Source: an uncultured archaeon (GTDB lineage: Archaea; Altiarchaeota; Altiarchaeia; IMC4; QMZM01). From it: a stretch of DNA of 64,000 nt. The stretch is from NCBI GenBank assembly GCA_964549685.1, contig CAZJVE010000006.1, positions 108-64,107 of the forward strand, read 5' to 3'. The stretch's first letter is position 1. Each line of letters begins with the position of its first letter. This document shows positions 29,026 through 37,899 of this stretch, in pieces. Made by a program: the position numbers and the translations under genes. A model generated the notes under the pieces. That model was given only the letters and a program-made list of their open reading frames with translations, did not search any database and was not told the origin of the DNA.

Positions 29026-29727
29026 ATGGCAGACGCAATAGAGAGATGCCCCACCGGCATTCACGGTCTAGATGAACTCATAGAGGGCGGCTTCCCCAGA
29101 GGAAGAACGGTAATGGTCTCCGGCACATGCGGGACAGGAAAGAGCACCTTCGGCGTTCAGTTTCTCTATAACGGCATTGTCCAGCACAACGAACCGGGCA
29201 TCCTGGTGCTCCTGGAGCAGGACCCGGAGGAACTAAAAGAGGATATGATGAGATACGGCTTCGACCTCAATGCACTGGAGAAGGGAGGTAAGCTGGCGAT
29301 AATAACTCAGGGCCTTGAGGATAAGATTGCATGGGAGGAACTCAGCGTCAGCATCCCTGAAAAGGCGAAGGAGATAGGTGCCAAAAGAGTCGTTATAGAC
29401 AGCCTCACAGCAATCGGCTTCCTGCTGGAGGAGATGGACGGGAGAGATGACACGCAGAAGGTAGTGGTCTCCCTAAGCACCGCAGCAAAGGATATAGGGC
29501 TTACAACCGTCATGATAACAGAGACCCCGGAAGGGACCGAAATGATATCAATGCACGGAGTCGAGAGCCATGTAGCTGATGGCGTTATTCATCTCAACAT
29601 ATACGAAAGCCTGGATAAGAGAAAAATAGTCATAAGGAAGATGAGAGGCACGAAACACTCGCTCACCCCAAGAGATATAGAATTCGCTAATGATGGGATT
29701 AGGGTACATGGGGTTAGTAAGAAATAA
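29026..29727 (+). CDS. KaiC/RAD55-like single-domain ATPase 1
   Basis: PTGIHGLDELIEGGFPRG, Walker A GTCGTGKS, RVVIDSL, VADGVIHL and KMRGT motifs. Confidence 0.93.
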   Translation: MADAIERCPTGIHGLDELIEGGFPRGRTVMVSGTCGTGKSTFGVQFLYNGIVQHNEPGILVLLEQDPEELKEDMMRYGFDLNALEKGGKLAIITQGLEDKIAWEELSVSIPEKAKEIGAKRVVIDSLTAIGFLLEEMDGRDDTQKVVVSLSTAAKDIGLTTVMITETPEGTEMISMHGVESHVADGVIHLNIYESLDKRKIVIRKMRGTKHSLTPRDIEFANDGIRVHGVSKK

Positions 29728-29754
29728 ACATTACCATATAACACGGCGATACTT

Positions 29755-30618
29755 ATGCCTGCCGATCTTTCGAAGTTGAAAGGTGAAGTCACAGCCAAAA
29801 AGACTGCGCCCGTTTCAGATAGCGGGGACGCTAGTTCTGAGAGCAAGGTAAAAACAGGTATTCCTAAAGCTAAGGAGGGATTAAAGGGTATGGATGAATT
29901 ACTCTGTGGGGGCATTCCAAGAAGCAACATCGTGCTTGTAACCGGTCCAGCCGGGGCAGGGAAATCGATACTATCACTTCAGTTTCTTGTTAACGGTGCA
30001 GAGAAATTTGGTGAGAGCGGTATGTATATAAACTTTGAACAGAACAGAGAGGATATTGTTCGCGAGGCACTTGCCTTCAATTGGGACCTTGATAAGCTTG
30101 AAAGTGAGGGAAAATTGAGAATATTGAGTTTTAGAGTTATGTCAGAACACGCCGTTTCAATCAGTAAAGAAATGAAAAAGGAGATTGAGGAATTCAAGCC
30201 GGACAGGCTTGTCATTGACTCGCTCTCCAGTTATGTAATCTCAATGGAAGCAATAGGTTATCTGGAAATTATGATGGACTACGACCCAGAAAGAAAATCT
30301 AACGTCAAGATAAGTCCAGATATGGCAACCAGGAGGTCAATAATGAAGCTTGTGGAGAGCATAAAGAGTGCTGGAACAACCGCGTTTATGATTTCAGAAC
30401 GCCCGGAGGGAAGCGAGCATTTGAGTAGAGACACTATTTCAGAGTTCCTATCCGATGGTGTTCTGGTTTTGAATTTTATCGGAATTGGAACTGAGGAATT
30501 CGGAACAATCCAGATAAGGAAGATGAGGCACACAAAACACGCTCGCACAACATTCCAGACCTTCATCACAAATGAGGGTATGAAGATAGGCGAGGAAAGT
30601 ATAGGTACAATGAGGTGA
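29755..30618 (+). CDS. KaiC/RAD55-like single-domain ATPase 2
   Basis: GMDELLCGGIP, Walker A GPAGAGKS, RLVIDSL, LSDGVLVL and KMRHT motifs; N-terminal low-complexity extension. Confidence 0.92.
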   Translation: MPADLSKLKGEVTAKKTAPVSDSGDASSESKVKTGIPKAKEGLKGMDELLCGGIPRSNIVLVTGPAGAGKSILSLQFLVNGAEKFGESGMYINFEQNREDIVREALAFNWDLDKLESEGKLRILSFRVMSEHAVSISKEMKKEIEEFKPDRLVIDSLSSYVISMEAIGYLEIMMDYDPERKSNVKISPDMATRRSIMKLVESIKSAGTTAFMISERPEGSEHLSRDTISEFLSDGVLVLNFIGIGTEEFGTIQIRKMRHTKHARTTFQTFITNEGMKIGEESIGTMR

Positions 30619-30624
30619 ATCAAA

Positions 30625-31293
30625 ATGGCATTAGGTCTACTTGCGAAATTACTTATGACCAAGCAGCTTCGCTTTGAAAACGGGCAAATAGAATTGAAGG
30701 ATATCCACATGACATTGTTACCCACCTTTTTCATAGGTGAGCTAACAAGGTATTTTTATAATGAGAAACAGATGCCTCAGCTATATCTGCTTTCATGGCT
30801 GTGGGGCTTCAAACTTGTCGGAGAGGTTGCCCAGCAGTTCAATCTCGACACCCCATCTAAGGTCTATAATCTGGGGATGAATCTGGCTGAAGCCATGGGT
30901 ATAGGTATATACAAGACCTGTGAATATCAGCCGGGTAAGTACACACATTTTGCTATAGCAAACAATCCATTCATCAAGTTTTTGAAGGGGATGAAGACAA
31001 CCGAACCACTTGATTACTTCATATCTGGCTGCATGGGTGGTGGTGGATGTGCAGTCCACGAGCAGTTAACCCAAAATATAGAAACAAAATGTATGCTCAA
31101 AGGTGACGCACACTGCGACTTCCTCACAGGAACAGAGGATGAGTTAAAAAAGAGGGGTCTGTGGGAAGAAGTAGAAAGAAGGTATGTTCTGGATAAGACC
31201 TACCCGCTCCAGAAAAAGTTCTATGATGCGTTCTATGAAGATAAAGAAGTTGATATCCTGGAAGATATAATAGAGGAAGCACTTGAAATTTGA
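30625..31293 (+). CDS. V4R-domain protein
   Basis: AMGIG, PLDYFISG and ETKCMLKGDAHCDF motifs; GAGGTGA ribosome-binding site overlapping the upstream stop. Confidence 0.82.
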   Translation: MALGLLAKLLMTKQLRFENGQIELKDIHMTLLPTFFIGELTRYFYNEKQMPQLYLLSWLWGFKLVGEVAQQFNLDTPSKVYNLGMNLAEAMGIGIYKTCEYQPGKYTHFAIANNPFIKFLKGMKTTEPLDYFISGCMGGGGCAVHEQLTQNIETKCMLKGDAHCDFLTGTEDELKKRGLWEEVERRYVLDKTYPLQKKFYDAFYEDKEVDILEDIIEEALEI

Positions 31294-31329
31294 AGAAAGC
31301 TTTATTTAGACGGATATCCATATTATAAA

Positions 31330-32184
31330 ATGGTTGAAGCACTTGCGAAGCTATATGAAGATACGGTTAGGGAAAACATAGATTATCTAAGGAAGTTGGA
31401 GAGGGAACTTTATGGCAAATCCGAGCTCCACAATATGGTTCATGAGGCACTAATACAATCGGCACAGAATCTCACAAAAAAATGGCTTGAGGAGAAGAAG
31501 TATTTAAGAACTAAGTACGCAAGAGATACAATAATAGAGTATCCAAAAAAAGTACTCAAACTTTCCTTGCTTCTGGATGCGAACATAAATATTATGGATG
31601 ATATACTCGATGAAACGCTCTCAAGAGAGGAAAAAGCGTTTTATCTTGTAGAGCTTCTTAGAGTTCTTGCACTTAGAGATAGTTATCCCATTGAGGAGGA
31701 AGTGAAAATCAGAATATCAAACTATTTCAATAAGATAATTTTTGTAGCCGTCTCAGAACAAATTTTCTTGGAAAGGATGAGAAACACCAAAGATGGAGAT
31801 TTTGAGGAGGTAGCATACGACTATTTCGCTGGTAGAAGCCTGGATATGGACCTCTTTCTGGAGATTCCGCTTCATGAGCTAGGATATAAAAAGAAGGAGA
31901 TAGACGAAGTAGTAAGGGTAGGGAGGCGTTTCAGAACCATTAACCTGATGAAAAAGGACCTGATTGACTTAGAACATGATTTGGAGTCAGATATACCTAC
32001 ACCCATAACGATACTCCATCAGAGAGGAAAACCACTCAAAGACTTTGTCGATTATCTCTTCTCCCGCACGGTAGGTGATGTTCCTCAAAGGTCATCAAAG
32101 AATGCAGAACCGATTATTCATAATCTGTTTAATATGACAATAAACGAGCAGAAAGAAGTAACTGAATTACTTAAGAAAATGTAG
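31330..32184 (+). CDS. Class I isoprenoid synthase / prenyltransferase-fold protein
   Basis: All-helical 284 aa; Asp-rich motif NIMDDILDE and a second altered motif NLMKKDLIDLEHDLESDIPTP at polyprenyl-synthase-like spacing. Confidence 0.62.
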   Translation: MVEALAKLYEDTVRENIDYLRKLERELYGKSELHNMVHEALIQSAQNLTKKWLEEKKYLRTKYARDTIIEYPKKVLKLSLLLDANINIMDDILDETLSREEKAFYLVELLRVLALRDSYPIEEEVKIRISNYFNKIIFVAVSEQIFLERMRNTKDGDFEEVAYDYFAGRSLDMDLFLEIPLHELGYKKKEIDEVVRVGRRFRTINLMKKDLIDLEHDLESDIPTPITILHQRGKPLKDFVDYLFSRTVGDVPQRSSKNAEPIIHNLFNMTINEQKEVTELLKKM

Positions 32185-32207
32185 TTATTCTCTTCTTTGA
32201 ATTCCCC

Positions 32208-33443
32208 CTAGTGTTTTCTCCTACACCTAAACTCGCAATAATCATAGTCTTCTGTCATGCATTTCGTCTCATCTACGTTCCACTTCTCGCCGGTGGCTTG
32301 ATTCAATGAGCCTTCTATGATTCCTGCAAGGAAAGTATCGAGTTTCATGTTGATGTTACTGACTCCGGAGGAAAAAACTGATTCATATATTTTAATGTTA
32401 GCTCCATCATCTGTTATATCGTTCTTTAAAATACCTGCTCTCCAGTGTTGGAATATCTCATTGAGATATAATAAAGTTCCATCAAGTTCTTCAATTGATG
32501 CTTCCCTCATTATTCTCTCTCCAATTATTCTACCACTATGCCTGGAAAGAATTGAATGACCAGGAGAGAGTGATACTAGCAAGAAATTTAGACATTGCAG
32601 GATTCCTATATGGAAGGACCCCCCGAGAGTTTTTCTTGGATATGTGCATTCCTTATTAATTGTAGAATTGACAAGATTATCAATTACCTTCCCGTACTCT
32701 TCTTTTGGAAGGCTCTGAATCTCCGTTTTGTTTTCATCTCCCCTAAGGTTAAGCTCAAACTCACAACTACAATCTCCTCTGTGTTCGCATTTACTCAGTT
32801 TTCCATCCCAAAAGCCGCCGAACAATGCCTCGACCTGACCGCATATGAGACCAATTGCCAAACAGTGGTGGTGCGTAGGTGAACTAGTCCCACAAGAAAG
32901 CTCTTGTGTACTATACCTCATAATCCCTTTCTTTTCATCAATTTCTATTGAGTTTATTATTCCGATCCTATTTTTCAACCAGACCTTCCTAATCACGTCT
33001 TGAATATTACCTTTCTGAAAGACGGTCCACCACATACCTGTTTTATTCAGTATGTCAACCACTTTGCCAAGCTTTGTCATCTTCAACGACGTATATGCGT
33101 TGTAGTACCCTAGGAGCTTACCTATCTTGAAGTATTCGTTGATATAATCTGGATTAAGGTATAGGAAGGAAGTAACACGGAGTTGGAAAAAATCTATATG
33201 AGTTGAGTCACCCAATCTCTTGCGAATGGGTTCTGTTTTCATATAAGGCAATGCCCCAATATTTCTAACTGCCTTGAAATTGTTATATATGAACTTGCCG
33301 CCCTCCTCCTTCTCCCAGAGGTAGCGCGTCCTGTCTATTGAATAGCTGCTGATGTCTCCGGTAGAATTCAGGTTGGCCCCGCAACCGGGACAGAACTCCC
33401 ACCCCTTCTGGGTCCTGGTTTCGCATATCGAGCATTTGCTCAT
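32208..33443 (-). CDS. Zinc-ribbon + double V4R-domain protein, paralogue A
   Basis: CSIC...CPGC N-terminus; two V4R ends (KCEHRGDCSCEF, ETKCMTEDYDYCEF); start set at ATG 33443 by alignment to the paralogue. Confidence 0.85.
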   Translation of the reverse strand: MSKCSICETRTQKGWEFCPGCGANLNSTGDISSYSIDRTRYLWEKEEGGKFIYNNFKAVRNIGALPYMKTEPIRKRLGDSTHIDFFQLRVTSFLYLNPDYINEYFKIGKLLGYYNAYTSLKMTKLGKVVDILNKTGMWWTVFQKGNIQDVIRKVWLKNRIGIINSIEIDEKKGIMRYSTQELSCGTSSPTHHHCLAIGLICGQVEALFGGFWDGKLSKCEHRGDCSCEFELNLRGDENKTEIQSLPKEEYGKVIDNLVNSTINKECTYPRKTLGGSFHIGILQCLNFLLVSLSPGHSILSRHSGRIIGERIMREASIEELDGTLLYLNEIFQHWRAGILKNDITDDGANIKIYESVFSSGVSNINMKLDTFLAGIIEGSLNQATGEKWNVDETKCMTEDYDYCEFRCRRKH

Positions 33444-33454
33444 CTTATCGAAGA

Positions 33455-34687
33455 TTAGATTATCCTGCACAAAAACTCACAATGGTCATCACCACTAGCG
33501 AGGCATTTGGTTTCATCCACCCCCCATTTCTCGCCAGTGGCTTGAGTGAGGGCGCCTTCTATGATACCAGCAAGGAAGGTATCCAGTTTCATGTTAATGT
33601 TATTTACTCCAGACGCGTAAACTGATTCATCCATCTTTATACATATGTTATCTGATTTGTCATCTATCTTAAGAACACCTACCTTCAGATAAAGGAAAAG
33701 TTCTTCCAGATAGGATAACGCTCCTTCCAGGTTTTCAACCTCCGCCTTCTTTATTATCCTCTCGCCAACGACCTTGCCACTGTATTTGGAGAGTACCTCG
33801 TGGCCCTTGGATAGGGAAACCATGAAATAGTTGATGCACTGGTACTCTGAGATGTATGTAAAATCGCCAAGCTCGTCCCTGAGATTCTCCTTTTTCTGAA
33901 CCACATCAGATATTACTTCGTTAAGGATTGAATCGAGGTCTTTCTTTTTCAAAATCTCTATCTTGGGTTCCTCTTCCTTATCATGGAAATGGAGCTCGAA
34001 TCTGCAATCTTTGTTGCCCTTGGATTCGCATTTCGTTTCGATTCCATCCCAGAAGCCGCCGGACAGTGCTTCGGCCTGCCCACACAGTGTTCCCAAGTTC
34101 ATAAAACAACATGGTTTGGACGAGTGTATTAATGACTCCGGGCTTTCTTCCGTAACGTATCCCAAGGTTCTATTCTTTTTGTTAACTGAGATATCTTTTA
34201 TTATCATTGCGCTCGTGTTATGCCAGCCCTTTATCTGTGCTTTTTGTATCTTTTCGCTTTTGAGAACATTCCACTGCAGGCCGGTTCTTGCCAATGCACT
34301 GACAAATTTTTCCATCTTCAGTGTCCTGAGGGCCTCTCCAGCACTGTAATAGCCCTTGAGTTTCCCTATCTTGTAGAACTGGGTGATAAATGTGGGTGCA
34401 AGGTAAAGAAATGAAAATTTCTGCAAGTTCCCCAGGTATATGTTAGAGAAGTCCCCGAGTTTTGTCCGGATAGGTTTGATATTCCCATATGCAAAATTGC
34501 CAACGTTTTTCACGGCCTTGAAGTTCGAGTATATGAACTTCCCTCTCTCTTGTCTTTCCCATAGGTATCGAATCCTTTCCAGAGGATACCCGTCAGTTTT
34601 TCCATTACTGTTTAACGCAACTCCGCAACCGGGACAGAACTCCCACCCCTTCTGGGTTCTGGTTTCGCATATTGAGCACTTGCTCAT
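33455..34687 (-). CDS. Zinc-ribbon + double V4R-domain protein, paralogue B
   Basis: CSIC...CPGC; ETKCESKGNKDCRF and ETKCLASGDDHCEF; R-x-x-LGD motif before each V4R. Confidence 0.87.
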   Translation of the reverse strand: MSKCSICETRTQKGWEFCPGCGVALNSNGKTDGYPLERIRYLWERQERGKFIYSNFKAVKNVGNFAYGNIKPIRTKLGDFSNIYLGNLQKFSFLYLAPTFITQFYKIGKLKGYYSAGEALRTLKMEKFVSALARTGLQWNVLKSEKIQKAQIKGWHNTSAMIIKDISVNKKNRTLGYVTEESPESLIHSSKPCCFMNLGTLCGQAEALSGGFWDGIETKCESKGNKDCRFELHFHDKEEEPKIEILKKKDLDSILNEVISDVVQKKENLRDELGDFTYISEYQCINYFMVSLSKGHEVLSKYSGKVVGERIIKKAEVENLEGALSYLEELFLYLKVGVLKIDDKSDNICIKMDESVYASGVNNINMKLDTFLAGIIEGALTQATGEKWGVDETKCLASGDDHCEFLCRII

Positions 34688-34726
34688 TTTGGTAATTAAT
34701 ACTACGTCTCCCTAAACATAAATAGC

Positions 34727-35917
34727 ATGGAGATGCAAGTCCTTGTCCAGAAAAGAGACGAACTGGACGCAAAGAAAGCAATCGAATTCATTGAAAACTG
34801 CAAAAACTCCAAACTGGCTATCATACACTCCTCTCTTAAAGACGAAATCATTTCACTTGACTTCTTTGATACATTAGTGAGAGAATTGAAAACCCCTTTC
34901 GTTGGGATGAGGGTTGGCGGAACTGTAACTAATCAAGGCTACTCTGAGGACTCGGTTGCTATTGCTGTTCTCTGCGGGGATTTTGATGTAGAAGTATTCC
35001 ATGAGAGTATAAATTATGAAAAGCTAGAGGAAACAGCCGAGGATATAATTAATATATCAGATAAAGCAGATTTATGTCTGGTCTATTCAGCCAGCCCAAT
35101 AAAGAAAAATGTATTTTTGGACGCTATCCTGCGAAGAATTCAGAAAACATACCCAAAGCTGCAGATGTTTGGTGGTGTCTCTTTTCCACCACCCATTGTC
35201 ATCACTAATGAAGGTATATACAATGACCGTATAATATGTGCTTTAATTAAAGGAATTAAATGCTTTTTCGACCTATATACTGGATTCAAAGTTGATAGCA
35301 CTAAAGACGAAGAGTTTATAGTTACGAAGTCTGACGAATTTTACATCTATGAAATCAATGGAAAACCTGCTTCGGAGGAATACTCCAAGATACAACATAT
35401 GCGCCCGTATTTCTTTAACGCGCTTTCGAATTTGCTCATAAGGCCTGATCCACCGCGCCTGTTGAGATCAATGTCGAGAATAAGCAGTGTAATGTATGAT
35501 GCCATATCAAAAGCAACCACAAGGTTTGTGGGTGCAAAAGTGAATGAAAAACTGACCGAGGCATTAATCGTTCTTGAAATCGGTGATGGAGGAAATAATT
35601 ATATACTCCCGCCGTTTTATGTGCCTGAGGGTATGGTATTGAGATGGGTGACCATACCTAAAGACTATCAATTAGAAGCATATGACTCATTATATGGGCA
35701 ATTTTCTGATGCAACTCCTATACTCATGACTGAGTGTGCATTTAGGCCGTTATGGTTTGGTTTTGACTTCGACGCCTTAGAGGATAAGCTTAAGAAGTTC
35801 AAGTGTCCATTCATGATTTCTTATACCTTTGGTGAGTTTGGCACTTATTTGCCTTACAAAGGCCCGGAACAGAAACTGGTACATGGGGGGTCTGTAAAAG
35901 CCCTGATATTCAAGTAA
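34727..35917 (+). CDS. FIST-domain sensory protein, paralogue A
   Basis: PFVG...GTV, QMFGG, VTKSDEFYIYEINGKPA, ECAFR and YTFGEFG match the FIST_N/FIST_C layout. Confidence 0.82.
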   Translation: MEMQVLVQKRDELDAKKAIEFIENCKNSKLAIIHSSLKDEIISLDFFDTLVRELKTPFVGMRVGGTVTNQGYSEDSVAIAVLCGDFDVEVFHESINYEKLEETAEDIINISDKADLCLVYSASPIKKNVFLDAILRRIQKTYPKLQMFGGVSFPPPIVITNEGIYNDRIICALIKGIKCFFDLYTGFKVDSTKDEEFIVTKSDEFYIYEINGKPASEEYSKIQHMRPYFFNALSNLLIRPDPPRLLRSMSRISSVMYDAISKATTRFVGAKVNEKLTEALIVLEIGDGGNNYILPPFYVPEGMVLRWVTIPKDYQLEAYDSLYGQFSDATPILMTECAFRPLWFGFDFDALEDKLKKFKCPFMISYTFGEFGTYLPYKGPEQKLVHGGSVKALIFK

Positions 35918-35924
35918 ATGTAAG

Positions 35925-37112
35925 ATGAAGATGCAAATCCTCGTTCAGAAGAAGAATGAACTTAATGCAGAGAAAGCAATCGAATTCATTAGAAACTGCA
36001 AGAAATCCAAACTGGCGATTGTGCACTCTTCAGTCAGGAATGGGGTCGACTTCTTGAATTTTTTTGATGTCTTAGTGAGGAAACTGAAAATCCCCTTTGT
36101 TGGAATGAGAGTCAGTGGGACCTTAACTCAGGAAGGCCACAGTGAAGACTCCGTTGCCATTGCCGTTCTCTGCGGGGATTTTGATATGAGGGTATTACAT
36201 GAAAGGATGAACTATGAAAAACCAGAGGATACTGCTGAGTTGATGATTCCAGAGCTGAAAGACCATAATCTATGTTTGATTTATTCTGCAAATCCGATTA
36301 AAAGGGATATCCTTGTGGATGCTATTCTAAGAGGGATACAAGCTTCCAACCCGGATTTACAGATTTTCGGTGGCGTTTCTGCATCCCCGCCCATTCTTGT
36401 GACTAACGAAGGTGTGCATGAGGATACCATGGTGTTTATTCCTCTAAAGGGTGTTGATTTTGATTTTGAGATAGATTCTGGATTTAGGTTCGACGAGAGT
36501 AAGGATACTAAGTTTGTAATTACAAAATCTGATGAGCACCACATATATGAGATTGATGGAAAGAATGCTGTTGAAGAGTATTCCAAGATACAGTGCATGC
36601 GCCCCTATTTTATAAACATGCTGGCCAATCTGTTTCCTCGGCCCGATGTGGCCAGAGTTATGAAATTGATGTCCAGGCTGAATAAAGTCGTCTATGAGGG
36701 TGTACTGGGTATGTGTATACATGTTCTAGGGGCCGAATTAGATGGGAAGACAGCAGAATTTCTCTTTGCAATGGAACTCAATGAAAAGGGAGACTACATG
36801 GTTGTGCAGTCGTACAAGCCCAAAGGCACAGTGCTGAGGCGGCTATCTACCTCTCCGAAGGAACAGCTATCGGTGTATGAGAGGTTATATGAGAAATTCC
36901 CTAAGGCTGAGGCAATGATCATTAGCTCGTGTTACTGCAGATTGTTCTGGTTTGATTTTGACTTCAGGGCATTAGAGAAAAAACTCAAGAGGTTTAAATG
37001 CCCGTTCATGGTTTCTTATGTATACGGGGGGTTTGGCACCCGCCTGCCATACAAAGATTCGGAGAAAAACGTACTTCATGGAGGAACGGTGAAGGCATTA
37101 GTCTTCAAGTAA
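35925..37112 (+). CDS. FIST-domain sensory protein, paralogue B
   Basis: Colinear paralogue of 34727..35917: QIFGG, ITKSDEHHIYEIDGKNA, SCYCR and YVYGGFG. Confidence 0.82.
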   Translation: MKMQILVQKKNELNAEKAIEFIRNCKKSKLAIVHSSVRNGVDFLNFFDVLVRKLKIPFVGMRVSGTLTQEGHSEDSVAIAVLCGDFDMRVLHERMNYEKPEDTAELMIPELKDHNLCLIYSANPIKRDILVDAILRGIQASNPDLQIFGGVSASPPILVTNEGVHEDTMVFIPLKGVDFDFEIDSGFRFDESKDTKFVITKSDEHHIYEIDGKNAVEEYSKIQCMRPYFINMLANLFPRPDVARVMKLMSRLNKVVYEGVLGMCIHVLGAELDGKTAEFLFAMELNEKGDYMVVQSYKPKGTVLRRLSTSPKEQLSVYERLYEKFPKAEAMIISSCYCRLFWFDFDFRALEKKLKRFKCPFMVSYVYGGFGTRLPYKDSEKNVLHGGTVKALVFK

Positions 37113-37170
37113 TCACTCCTTACAAATCCCGTACTTCTCCTCGAACTCCTTTCTGAGGTTCCTGATTATT
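37113..37170. repeat. 58-bp direct repeat, orphan copy of the 3' end of the 37900..38871 gene
   Basis: 56/58 identical to 37900..37957. Confidence 0.92.
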
Positions 37171-37208
37171 CCATTTATTTATCCATAGACTACCCAATAA
37201 CTTACAGA

Positions 37209-37517
37209 ATGGATAAATACGGCCTTGCAAAGGAATTTGCAGAGGACCTGAAGCAGAGGTTTGGTGACAATATCACTTCGGTAATCCTTTTCGGTAGCGT
37301 TGCTAAGGGAAAGGAAACCAAGGAAAGTGACCTGGATATATTGGTGGTGTCAAAAAAGCTGATATTCAAGGACTTGAAGGGGCCCATAGGGGAGATTCTA
37401 AAGCAGGATGTTGTTCCAGAGGTAATTAATCTCAGTGTTTCGGAGTTTGATAAAATGAAACATCGTGAGAGTCCTTTCTACTTTACTATCGAGGAAGAGG
37501 GAGTCAAAATTGCCTGA
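37209..37517 (+). CDS. Minimal nucleotidyltransferase (MNT) antitoxin
   Basis: VILFGSVAKGKETKESDLDILVV, the GS-x10-DxD motif; 102 aa. Confidence 0.92.
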   Translation: MDKYGLAKEFAEDLKQRFGDNITSVILFGSVAKGKETKESDLDILVVSKKLIFKDLKGPIGEILKQDVVPEVINLSVSEFDKMKHRESPFYFTIEEEGVKIA

Positions 37518-37896
37518 TTACAAAAAATTGGCTGATGCCCATCTGGAAGAGGCAAGAAGAAAACTGGGGCGTGCAAAGAGACTGTATGGTGATGGCTACT
37601 ATGATGAGGGGGCACACGACGGATATTACTCCATGTATCACGCAGCAAAGTCGTTACTGGCATTGAAGGAGACCCAGCCGAAAACACACAGGGGCGTGAT
37701 ATCCGAGATCCAGGAGTTGTATGTAAAATCAAATCTCCTAAGTCAGGACCTCGCCAGTTCACTGAGCAGGGGTCTTCAGGTGAGAATACAGAGTGATTAT
37801 GACACGATGATTGAGATATCAAACGAGGTGGCAAAAGAGATTATTGATGATGCCGGAGAATTCTTATCTGAGGTTGAGAGGTTGATTAAGGTTTGA
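37510..37896 (+). CDS. HEPN-domain protein (UPF0332-like), partner of the MNT
   Basis: YYSMYHAAKSLL, KTHRGV and RIQSDY motifs; probable TTG start at 37510 overlapping the MNT stop. Confidence 0.88.
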   Translation: MPDYKKLADAHLEEARRKLGRAKRLYGDGYYDEGAHDGYYSMYHAAKSLLALKETQPKTHRGVISEIQELYVKSNLLSQDLASSLSRGLQVRIQSDYDTMIEISNEVAKEIIDDAGEFLSEVERLIKV

Positions 37897-37899
37897 TGT

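Noticed and set aside
28748-29041. 97-aa ORF upstream of KaiC 1
   Set aside because: Overlaps the wHTH gene, both palindromes and a TATA-like box; no protein-like features.
29026-30618. Circadian KaiABC clock
   Set aside because: Both ATPases are single-domain and no KaiA or KaiB is present; they fit the general archaeal KaiC-like family.
33444-33470. Longer start for V4R paralogue A
   Set aside because: Overlaps the upstream paralogue's stop; the identical N-terminus of paralogue B places the start at 33443.
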